DNA of 64,000 nucleotides from an uncultured Chthonomonadaceae bacterium (GTDB lineage Bacteria > Armatimonadota > Chthonomonadetes > Chthonomonadales > Chthonomonadaceae), in contig CAWIEK010000015.1 in NCBI GenBank assembly GCA_963835065.1, positions 1-64,000 of the forward strand, given 5' to 3'. The first letter of the stretch is position 1, and every line of letters starts with the position of its first letter. Shown in pieces: positions 10,139 through 18,133 of the stretch. The notes beneath the pieces are model-generated. The model was not told where the DNA came from, did no database searches, and worked only from the letters and a program-made list of their open reading frames with translations. Both the position numbers and the translations under genes were made by a program.

Positions 10139-10280
10139 AGGTTTCAGGTTTCAGGTATCAGGTTTCAGGTGTCAGAGTGGTGCTGCGCGAACGCTTTAAT
10201 GATTGCATTGAAAGTTGAGGTGGCGCTTATGTACGGAGCGCACAGTCTGCTGACACCTGACACCTGATACCTGAAACCTG
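10139..10280. repeat. Inverted heptamer-array element (CAGGTTT/CAGGTAT)
   Basis: Same arm family as 8904-9024. Confidence 0.75.
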
Positions 10281-10342
10281 CTTTCCTTATTATGGGCAAA
10301 TGGCATCGGGGGCTTTACAGATATTTTGGAAGCGGAAACGGG

Positions 10343-11455
10343 TTAGGGCGCAATATCGCGCAGCAGGAGAAGGGCGGGGTCGAGAACGACGTGCTTGATG
10401 TGGGTTCGGTTCCAGGTGTAGGAGATGTGTACCAACGTGTCGGCGGTTTGGATGACGGCGGGGTAGGAGTATTCGCCCGGATTGGTTTCCAGCGCGAGGG
10501 CTGCCTGCCATTTTTCGCCGTCCTGGGATATAGCGACATTGAGCGGCGTTCGCTGGGTTGTGGAGTGGTTGTATACGAGCAATTGGCGGCCATCGTGGAG
10601 CGTGACGGCATCCGTGCCGGAATTGGGGTTGGGCAGGCTTGTCGCATGCGGAGCGCTCCATGTTCTGCCCGCATCGGATGACCATACGGCGGCAATCACG
10701 TTCTGGCGGCTGCGGCACAACAATTGCAGGCGTCCGTCCGCATACGTCAGAAGACTGGGCTGAATAAGGCCGAACGTGTGGCCGTCGTTGAGGGGCGGGG
10801 TTGTTGTCCAGGTTTGCCCCAGGTCGGAGGTAAGCTCGATGTGTATCTGCCAGCCTTTGATCGCGTCTTCCACGCTGGACGGGCACAGCAGGTCGCCGTT
10901 TGATAATTGTATCGGCTTGTTCTTAATGGGGCCGAGAATATCAGCGGGAAGCCGGGCAGGGGGCAGCCAGGTTTTGCCGCCATCTTCAGAAGCCATGCAC
11001 ATTCCCCACCACTGGCGCGGGTTCGGGCCGACTTTGTAGAACAGCAGCAGGGGCGCGTCGCGGGGCTGAAACAAAACGGGATTCCAGCAGGCAAAGCGCG
11101 TACTTGAATCTATAATGCCATTGGCGACTTCCACCGGGCGTGACCATGCGCCGTTTTCCTGCCGCGCTATCCAAATGCCGACATCGGGACGTGACTCGCC
11201 CGTGCCGCCGAACCACGCGGCCACAAGTCCCTGTGGAGTTTCCGCAAGCGTGGACGCATGGCACTGCGGAAACGGCGCATGTTGAAAAATCAGTTCCGCA
11301 GCGACAAGGCCGGGCTGCGGCGTCACCCCTCCGGGCGCGTTTGCCGCCTGCGCGTCCGTGAACAACGCCGAAATTTGCGGGAGGTTCATGGCTGTGGCTC
11401 CTTTTGGTTTTGCTTCAGTCTGTTTATCCCTCTGGTACGTTGTAGTTCGTACCAC
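10343..11455 (-). CDS. BNR/Asp-box sialidase-like protein
   Basis: Asp-boxes SEDGGKTW, SDLGQTW and SSDAGRTW; CHASTL and YSYP motifs; the start may be 11389. Confidence 0.85.
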   Translation of the reverse strand: MVRTTTYQRDKQTEAKPKGATAMNLPQISALFTDAQAANAPGGVTPQPGLVAAELIFQHAPFPQCHASTLAETPQGLVAAWFGGTGESRPDVGIWIARQENGAWSRPVEVANGIIDSSTRFACWNPVLFQPRDAPLLLFYKVGPNPRQWWGMCMASEDGGKTWLPPARLPADILGPIKNKPIQLSNGDLLCPSSVEDAIKGWQIHIELTSDLGQTWTTTPPLNDGHTFGLIQPSLLTYADGRLQLLCRSRQNVIAAVWSSDAGRTWSAPHATSLPNPNSGTDAVTLHDGRQLLVYNHSTTQRTPLNVAISQDGEKWQAALALETNPGEYSYPAVIQTADTLVHISYTWNRTHIKHVVLDPALLLLRDIAP

Positions 11456-11642
11456 TGTCAGCGCGTTCGTTAGCCATCCCTGGAAATTGTTACCATTTAT
11501 ATTCCCATCCGGCAGGAATGTTTGTATAAATGACGAATGTTTCTCTTGAATAACCCGCCCATTGAATATGTCGCCCGCGCAGGCCGCGTTTGTTGCCTGC
11601 GCGGTGTGCCATGCGCTGCTTCTCTTTCCCTGGATTTTTGCT

Positions 11643-12617
11643 ATGTCCCTGGCACAACAGACCGCTCGCTGGAATTGGATTGACGCGCAAATCCGCGCCG
11701 GGCGCTACCCCAACGCGCAATCGGTGCGCGACTATTTCCAAGTCTCGCTGCGCACCGCTTATGATGATCGCAACAGCCTGCTGATTGACTTTCACGCTCC
11801 TCTCGAATTTGACCGGCTGCGCAACGGCTGGTACTATACCGATCCCACTTTCAAGCTGCCGTTTATGGCGCTGCCGGAAGTGGAGGCGTCCGCGCTGCGC
11901 CGCCTGCTGCTGACGGCGCAGGAGTACCTGGAACCGACAGACGCCTGGCTGGTCGAACTGCTGTTCACTCGTTTGGCGCCGGACTTTCCGCAGGAAACCA
12001 CATCGGGACTGCCACCCGAAAGCGTCGGCGGCGCGTTGCATCTAAGCCATGCGGCTTCGGCTGCGCCGGAATTGCTGACAGCCTGCCGACAGGCGATTGG
12101 CAACCGCCAGAAACTGGACATCGTGTACTACAGCGCCCATCGGAATGAGACCAGCCGGCGCGTGATTCACCCGTATCACCTGCACAATTTTCAGGGGGAG
12201 CAGCATCTCATTGCGTGGTGCGAGTGGCGGCAGGACATACGCCAGTTCTTTTTGGGACGTGTGCGGACGTATGAATTGCTGCCGGAAGAGGGCGCATTTG
12301 CGCGGCAGGCGGTGGATGTGGAAGCGTATCTGCGGCAAGGCTTGGGGGTGCAGCATGGCGAGGAGCCGCAGCGCGTTCGGGTGCGCTTTTCGGCGTATCA
12401 GGCGCGCTGGATGCGGGAGCGGCAGGCGCATCCGAGTCAGCAAATCGAGGACTTGCCGGACGGCGGGCTGATTTTGACGCTGTGGGTGGCCGGGAGGGCG
12501 GAGGTCGCGCGGTGGATTCTGGCGTATGGCGGGGAGGCGGAGGCGCTGGAACCGGAGGAATTGCGGCAGGAAGTGGCGGCGCAGGCGAAAAAAATGGCAA
12601 GTATTTATAGCAGATAA
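11643..12617 (+). CDS. HTH-WYL-WCX transcriptional regulator
   Basis: N-terminal HTH (VSLRTAYDD), WYL core (RVIHPYHL…HLIAWCEWRQDIRQFFLGRV), C-terminal WILAYGGEAEALEPEELR. Confidence 0.9.
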   Translation: MSLAQQTARWNWIDAQIRAGRYPNAQSVRDYFQVSLRTAYDDRNSLLIDFHAPLEFDRLRNGWYYTDPTFKLPFMALPEVEASALRRLLLTAQEYLEPTDAWLVELLFTRLAPDFPQETTSGLPPESVGGALHLSHAASAAPELLTACRQAIGNRQKLDIVYYSAHRNETSRRVIHPYHLHNFQGEQHLIAWCEWRQDIRQFFLGRVRTYELLPEEGAFARQAVDVEAYLRQGLGVQHGEEPQRVRVRFSAYQARWMRERQAHPSQQIEDLPDGGLILTLWVAGRAEVARWILAYGGEAEALEPEELRQEVAAQAKKMASIYSR

Positions 12618-12619
12618 AG

Positions 12620-12656
12620 TTCAGTGAACTGTTACTGCAGTGAAGTGGAGTATACT
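12620..12656 (+). promoter_or_regulatory. Putative cas6 promoter with candidate WYL operator
   Basis: Imperfect dyad TTCAGTGAACTGTTACTGCAGTGAA directly upstream of a -10-like TATACT (12651-12656). Confidence 0.45.
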
Positions 12657-12812
12657 GGAGTAGTTGAGAGTTGAGGGTTGAGAGGGATCAGGGATTGCAA
12701 ACTTTCCGTGTTGCCGCTCAGATAAAATTTCGAGAATTCGTGTTACGCTTTGGCGCTGGAATGGGACCAGGCTGGGCAAGAGAAGAAAAGCGAGGCGGAA
12801 GGAGCGGGGAGT

Positions 12813-13622
12813 ATGCGGCTTGTGGTGACGTGCCAAGTGGAACGGGCAGTGGGAATTCCTATCAACCATCAGCACCTGTTGACGGGCATCGCGTACCGGT
12901 TTCTGGCTTGCAGCGACGAGGAGTACGCGCGGTTCCTGCATGACGAGGGCTACGCGCCGGACAGCGGCCCGAAGCGCTTCAAATTGTTCTGCTTTTCGGG
13001 GCTAAGGGCGAAACGGCGGCGGATTGCGGGTGAAACGCTGTGGCTTGGCCCCGGCGAAGTGGAGTGGCATATCGGTTCCCCGAAGGACGAATTTTTGCGA
13101 AACTTTGCAACCGGGCTTTTGGCGCAAGGGGAATTGGCGGTAGGAACGCAGCGCTTGCCGATTGTGCGGGCGCAGGCGCTGCCCACGCCGGATTTCAGTT
13201 CGGGAACGGCGCATTTCTCCTGCATGACGCCGATTGTGGCGAGTGTGCCAACGGAAGGGGGCGGCAAAACGTATCTGCGGCCTTCGGAGGGCGCGGCCTT
13301 TTCGGAAGCGGCGCGGGGCAATCTGCTGCGCAAGTACCGGGCGCTGCATGGGGAAGCGCCGAAGACGGGCGAGGACAATTTTACGCTGACGTTCGATGCC
13401 GAGTATCTGGCGCGCAACCCACACGCGGGAACCAAAAAGATCACATTCAAAACGACGGAAATCATCGGCGCGCTGGCTCCGCTCACAATAACGGGCACGC
13501 CCGAATTGATCGCTTTGGGATATGAGGCGGGTATTGGGGAACTGAACGCGGGCGGCTTCGGCATGGTGGAAGCGCGAGAACCGGGGCGGCGGGAGTTGAC
13601 AAATGAGCAGGATGGCGTATAA
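12813..13622 (+). CDS. cas6: CRISPR endoribonuclease Cas6
   Basis: FLHDEGY…FKLFCFS and C-terminal Gly-rich loop GIGELNAGGFGMV. Confidence 0.93.
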   Translation: MRLVVTCQVERAVGIPINHQHLLTGIAYRFLACSDEEYARFLHDEGYAPDSGPKRFKLFCFSGLRAKRRRIAGETLWLGPGEVEWHIGSPKDEFLRNFATGLLAQGELAVGTQRLPIVRAQALPTPDFSSGTAHFSCMTPIVASVPTEGGGKTYLRPSEGAAFSEAARGNLLRKYRALHGEAPKTGEDNFTLTFDAEYLARNPHAGTKKITFKTTEIIGALAPLTITGTPELIALGYEAGIGELNAGGFGMVEAREPGRRELTNEQDGV

Positions 13623-13623
13623 T
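13596..13623 (+). promoter_or_regulatory. Consensus sigma70 promoter in the cas6 3' end
   Basis: TTGACA (13596-13601), 16 nt, TATAAT (13618-13623). Confidence 0.8.
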
Positions 13624-13631
13624 ACAAGTGT

Positions 13632-13740
13632 AAACGTTCCTGTGGCCCGAAAGGTCGCCGAACGTCCTTCTCCGGTTACATGGCGCTCCCGCGTCCGGCA
13701 TGTTGCCTCGTCGGAGATAGGGCCGCAGGTCACTTCCTCT
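13632..13740 (+). ncRNA. Putative structured ncRNA, copy 1
   Basis: Begins 8 nt after the -10; CCTGTGGCCC pairs with GGGCCGCAGG around an inner TCTCCG/CGGAGA stem; homologous to copy 2. Confidence 0.6.
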
Positions 13741-13848
13741 GTTTCGTCCTCGCTGCGCCCGACGCGCTTTCATGCGGCTTTTTGCACCTTGATAGGCTGT
13801 GGTCAAGCCAAAGAAGGAGAAATTTTTTCTCTTTGCGCGACATTTTTA

Positions 13849-13857
13849 TGGTATACT
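13849..13857 (+). promoter_or_regulatory. Extended -10 promoter for ncRNA copy 2
   Basis: TGGTATACT with the same 8-nt spacing to AAACGTTCCTG as copy 1. Confidence 0.6.
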
Positions 13858-13865
13858 ACACATGA

Positions 13866-13947
13866 AAACGTTCCTGCGAACCGAAAAGTCGCATCGGTGG
13901 CCTGCTTTAGCGAACCGCTAAAGATAGGGTCGCAGGTCATCTCCTCT
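13866..13947 (+). ncRNA. Putative structured ncRNA, copy 2 (antisense to the DUF3800-like gene 3' end)
   Basis: CCTGCGAACC pairs with GGGTCGCAGG around an inner CTTTAGCG/CGCTAAAG hairpin; compensatory changes relative to copy 1. Confidence 0.6.
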
Positions 13948-14571
13948 TCCCCATTTTATTCGATTACCCTGTTTTTGCCACAATTGGCTGGTTTTCTGAC
14001 GCAGTGCTGTTGTTTCCGACAGGCCACGCGCATCGCGCTGCAATACGTAAGCGATCAAGTCGGCAAGCTGAATCATGCTAGACTTGTCCGAAGGGTAATG
14101 CTTCACATCAGGACTGCTCGGCCAATGCGCCCGAGCCTTGCGCTTGATCTGCGTGTTAAAGTCGGCGCGCAGGTCAGTAGCAACATCCTCATCACACCAG
14201 ATACGCCGCAATTGCTTGACTTCTACAACTCTATCAAGCACGAAACGCCCCGTAGCAGGCGGCAATCGTTTGGGGTGGTCAAATATCTGCGCTCCCAAGT
14301 CAGTAGTCAGAACTTCCTTATCCAGAACGATAGCGAATACCAGTCCGTTTGCCAAAACATACTCTACGGCGCGAAGCAAAATGTCAGGACCACATTGGTA
14401 GGCGTGGAACTCAAAGGTGACAGGCCGCCCCAACTCCCGTCGCCACGCCGCAAAATAGGCGTCTACGGCATCCACATCTTCCATCCAAACGCTGCAGGGC
14501 ACGTAGAAGTCTTGGCTTACCTCTTTTTCCTTTGGAAACGGCGCTCCCGACCAATCCACGCCAGCATACAT
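13918..14571 (-). CDS. DUF3800-like protein
   Basis: N-terminal YAGVDWSG (cf. YxDESG), central EFH and CDED, C-terminal SSMIQLADLIAY; SD GAGGTG. Confidence 0.7.
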   Translation of the reverse strand: MYAGVDWSGAPFPKEKEVSQDFYVPCSVWMEDVDAVDAYFAAWRRELGRPVTFEFHAYQCGPDILLRAVEYVLANGLVFAIVLDKEVLTTDLGAQIFDHPKRLPPATGRFVLDRVVEVKQLRRIWCDEDVATDLRADFNTQIKRKARAHWPSSPDVKHYPSDKSSMIQLADLIAYVLQRDARGLSETTALRQKTSQLWQKQGNRIKWGRGDDLRPYL

Positions 14572-14585
14572 CTTTCACCTCTCAG

Positions 14586-14668
14586 AAAAACCAGCCGGGC
14601 ACTGGTGCGATTAAAAGAGCAACCTCGATTTAGTGTTCGTTGCTATTCCATAGCCCGGATGATTTTGA
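14586..14668 (-). CRISPR. Candidate degenerate mini-array (repeat, 21-nt spacer, repeat/terminator), CreA-like
   Basis: Minus strand TCAAAATCATCCGGGCTATGGAATAGCAAC / GAACACTAAATCGAGGTTGCT / CTTTTAATCGCACCAGTGCCCGGCTGG-TTTTT resembles type I-B-style repeats. Confidence 0.45.
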
Positions 14669-14717
14669 TCACTCGTTGGCAAGAGGCATGTCTTGCCATT
14701 TCGATGTGAACTGAGGT

Positions 14718-14746
14718 ATTATTGCACAGTAGGTTCAAAAAGTCAA
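14718..14746 (-). promoter_or_regulatory. Sigma70-like promoter for the mini-array leader and DUF3800-like gene
   Basis: Minus strand TTGACT, 17 nt, AATAAT. Confidence 0.65.
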
Positions 14747-14779
14747 CCGTAATACTAATAGAGGTACAGGAGGGCCGTT

Positions 14780-15496
14780 ATGGCTTTAGATACTTTAGAT
14801 GCATCGCCAGATTATTCAACTTGCGGATTGCTTGCCATTCATCCGCTTGCACCACTTTCGATGGTGGCGAAAATGCCGGGAAAGTATTACCGTTGTCAGC
14901 CTGCGCCAACGCGCGAGATGCTTTATGGCTTATTGGAAAATGCGCTCGGTTGGCACATCGCTGCGCCTGAACGTGATCAGATTATCAAGCAGTTGGAAAA
15001 GCGGTTGGGGAAAACAACAAGCGTGTCGGGCGTCGGTTTTCGCAGCTTGCTTCAATACCACGTTCGCTTTGGCATTGGCATACTTCCTGCTGTTACGCAC
15101 TACAACGATTTGTGGAGTCAGCATCTGCACGGCCCTTCTTTTGTAGGCGGTAGCCGTGAACACAGTTACGAAGCGATTCCGCTGGTAAACGCAATAGCCG
15201 AAAAACGGATACAAGTTAATGACAGGGCAGAAGCAGGTAAAGAGACGGAGTTGCTGACTACGTTCCAAGATGGACAAATGGTGCACCTTAATGTTCTGCG
15301 TCCCTACTTTCCACAATATTATGTCAGCCCAACGGCGCGGGAGTACATTGTTGCGGATGGTCCTTACCAGTATCGTGTCGAGACTTCTCCCGAATTGGCA
15401 ACGCTGCTGGCGGACGCTATTGCAAACCCGGCGTCTCCTCTTTATCTAGGTTCTAACGATGGGTGGGTAGACGTGGAATGGAGGCCGCTGCCATGA
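14780..15496 (+). CDS. cas5: Cas5 (I-B/PGING-like)
   Basis: PLAPLSMV…PTREMLYGLLENALGWH and C-terminal PLYLGSNDGWVD; position in the operon. Confidence 0.8.
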   Translation: MALDTLDASPDYSTCGLLAIHPLAPLSMVAKMPGKYYRCQPAPTREMLYGLLENALGWHIAAPERDQIIKQLEKRLGKTTSVSGVGFRSLLQYHVRFGIGILPAVTHYNDLWSQHLHGPSFVGGSREHSYEAIPLVNAIAEKRIQVNDRAEAGKETELLTTFQDGQMVHLNVLRPYFPQYYVSPTAREYIVADGPYQYRVETSPELATLLADAIANPASPLYLGSNDGWVDVEWRPLP

Positions 15497-17160
15497 AACA
15501 TTTATTTGATTTGCTGTCACATCCTTATCCGCGCTATGGATTGGCGGCGGCTCTGGTACAGGAAGATTGCACTCCGGCAGAATTCGCACTCCTTGATGAG
15601 AAGCAAGTAGCGGAACTGCTGTACAAAACACTGGAAGCAGGTTTAAGTAAGTTCCGCATGAGGACACATGACAAGCCTGAACTGGTGGAAACATTGGAGT
15701 ATAGAAACGTTGATTATGACGATCTCCAAAAGGACTCCTCATTGGTGCAGTCGTCCGGTCTTGCCGCACAAGGGAAATACTTGTATCCCTCCGTTATCAC
15801 AACTGATGGTGGCGCGGCGGATACGTATAAGAACGCCACTGCCATGATAAAGGATTTAAGAGAGGGCAAATCCCTGCTGACCCGCATCACCTTCAGCCGT
15901 TCCTTTGCGCCGACAACGGCGAAAATTAACCAGAATGGGAAAGCATCGCTCTCAGAACCGCCCGGAACGTTGTTTGAGGCGGCTTGTTCCGCAATCGCTA
16001 CTCTGACGCCGCTCAAGCCTGCTGCATGGGCCGGGCAAAGGAATACAGCGATCTATCCTGATTTGCAATTGGATGAACAGCAGGATGCGCTGTGGCAGTT
16101 CGTTCGTTTGTTTGAAGAGATGGTCAAGCAGGAAACAAGCGGCTTGATGTTGTGTAAACTGCCCAAAAAGCAGGAAGCCACGCCGACAGTTGCGGCAAAA
16201 CCAAAATTGAGTAACAAGAAGACAGCAACTGCCGCGCCCAAGTCGGAATACCGTCGCCCCCGGTTACATAGTGGCAACTACCCCTATGCCCCTCAACGCG
16301 AAAGTGAGGCGTTCGGCGCGGTAGGATTGTTAGGCGCGATTGGCCGTTGGGCGCATAGTCGTGGGGAGGTTGAGCGTGGGGAGAGGGTATTGGAGTCGCT
16401 CAAAGAACGTCCGCTCTACATCGTGAGCTATGATGCGATTACCCAGGCGCAATTTGACCATCATGTGATCGGATTGGCACAGAAAAATCGTCTTTCCGCT
16501 GTTGTGTATGCTCTTACTTACGACACCCGGCTTTACACAGAAATGGAGGAAGATCGTCCCTCATGGGAACTACCAGCGCGGAAGCTGTTCGCCTTCTTTG
16601 CCGGTCGTTTTCTACAATCATTCAATGCGCCGGCCTACCGCGACTTTCTTTCAACACGCGCCGAGTACGACTCGGCATTATATCTTTTATTCGAGGAGTA
16701 TTTTATGAGCCAACAGGTTCCTACTAAAATTGTGCAGGCTGCCCGTGAATTGGGTCAATGGATCAATCGGGCAGCTTACTATGCCGCCCGTGAGGAAGTG
16801 GAAAAAGACAAAACCGATAGCCCAAAGGAGAAGGAACGCAAAATCCGGCAGCAGAAAGCAAAAATTCTGGTTGCCCTTGACAGCATGGCAATGGGAGCCA
16901 GAGACGCCACTTCGATGATGGGCAGCATCATGCGCGAAACCGGGATGCTCACACAGTCCGATGCTCCGCCGGAGGCTCTGCCGTTCATTGATGCGGCATG
17001 CACTGGTGACGAGATTGAAATGGATACGGCACGGCAACTGCTGATGACATACATGCGTGTTCGCTATGTTCCGGATACAGGCGGACGCCTCCCCCATCAG
17101 CAAACCATTGGCGCAGATGTCAGCGACATCAATTCCGTCGAAGATGTTTCAGAGAATTAA
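15493..17160 (+). CDS. cas8: Cas8-like large subunit (Csp2-like)
   Basis: 555 aa between cas5 and cas7, ATGA-coupled to cas5, helical C-terminal domain. Confidence 0.72.
   Translation: MKHLFDLLSHPYPRYGLAAALVQEDCTPAEFALLDEKQVAELLYKTLEAGLSKFRMRTHDKPELVETLEYRNVDYDDLQKDSSLVQSSGLAAQGKYLYPSVITTDGGAADTYKNATAMIKDLREGKSLLTRITFSRSFAPTTAKINQNGKASLSEPPGTLFEAACSAIATLTPLKPAAWAGQRNTAIYPDLQLDEQQDALWQFVRLFEEMVKQETSGLMLCKLPKKQEATPTVAAKPKLSNKKTATAAPKSEYRRPRLHSGNYPYAPQRESEAFGAVGLLGAIGRWAHSRGEVERGERVLESLKERPLYIVSYDAITQAQFDHHVIGLAQKNRLSAVVYALTYDTRLYTEMEEDRPSWELPARKLFAFFAGRFLQSFNAPAYRDFLSTRAEYDSALYLLFEEYFMSQQVPTKIVQAARELGQWINRAAYYAAREEVEKDKTDSPKEKERKIRQQKAKILVALDSMAMGARDATSMMGSIMRETGMLTQSDAPPEALPFIDAACTGDEIEMDTARQLLMTYMRVRYVPDTGGRLPHQQTIGADVSDINSVEDVSEN
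16705..17160 (+). CDS. cas11: Internally translated Cas11 small subunit (predicted)
   Basis: In-frame ATG with SD GAGGAG 6 nt upstream inside cas8; 151-aa helical product. Confidence 0.65.
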   Translation: MSQQVPTKIVQAARELGQWINRAAYYAAREEVEKDKTDSPKEKERKIRQQKAKILVALDSMAMGARDATSMMGSIMRETGMLTQSDAPPEALPFIDAACTGDEIEMDTARQLLMTYMRVRYVPDTGGRLPHQQTIGADVSDINSVEDVSEN

Positions 17161-17193
17161 GGCAGTTCATGCCAAAACAGGAGGAAAGTACCC

Positions 17194-18133
17194 TTGGAAA
17201 TCAAAGGCATTCTGGTTTCACTGCTCGCGCCAATGAGCGACCACATCGCCAACGGCGGTGAAAAGATACTTGGCAACGCTTCTTCTATCAAGCGCCGTCC
17301 TGATGGGCGCGTCTACATCTCCGGGCAAAAACAGCGTCACGCTTTGTTCAGCGCAATGGATCGCCTCAATCGTGACGATGACGACCGCGTTGTTGGCGGC
17401 ATGGAAACGTATGTGTCGAACGGCGACGGCATAACTACGCTCGTAGAAACAGATTTGCGGGCAGACCTTGGCGGCTTTCTGGATACCAACAAGGGCAGTT
17501 ACAGCGGACGCCGAACTGCCCCGCTAACAGCTACGCCTGCCGTTGCGCTTGAGCCGAGTGAAGTCGGGCGCGATCTGCTGATTCGTCTCAAAGTCAACAC
17601 CGACAAAGACAGTGAACGCAATCAGGCACTTGCTACGCGCGAGTATAGCCAAAACGACATCATGCGGATGAACTTTTTCATTGATGTTAGCGCGGTTAGT
17701 ATCCGCAAACGTTTTCGCTATTCCGGTGAGAAGCACGTTGAAACGCAGTTTGTCAAGCATGTAGATGAAGACGAGCGCAAACGGCGTATTCGGCTTGCGC
17801 TGGAATCAACAGGTTTGCTTACGGATTACGCCAACAATGCCCGCAACGCAACCAGTGGTGAACCACAGCAAGTGCTTGATCGTTTTCGATACGCGCCTGA
17901 GCCGCAAGGCAAGCCGCTATTTCGGCGCGGGTGAAGCAGAACGGGCGAACATCCTCAAAGAGCTTGACGGGCGGGGAGCCGTTTACTTTTTGGGTGACGA
18001 TACAACGGCTGACGGTGACAGCGTAGCCGAAGTTTACCAAAAGGCGTTGGACTTCCTCGCCACGAACACGCTTTACGATCCGACTGACGGCGCAGAGCCG
18101 ATGACAACTGCCGAATTTGACAACGCAAAATGA
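17194..18133 (+). CDS. cas7: Cas7 backbone subunit (frameshift near 17877)
   Basis: TTG start with SD GGAGG; RVYISGQKQRHALF and DLRADLGGFL; frames 17194..17934 and 17765..18133 join. Confidence 0.82.

Noticed and set aside
13603..14709. 368-aa plus-strand ORF between cas6 and cas5
   Set aside because: No recognisable motifs; it is antisense to the better-supported DUF3800-like gene and runs through the predicted promoters and RNAs
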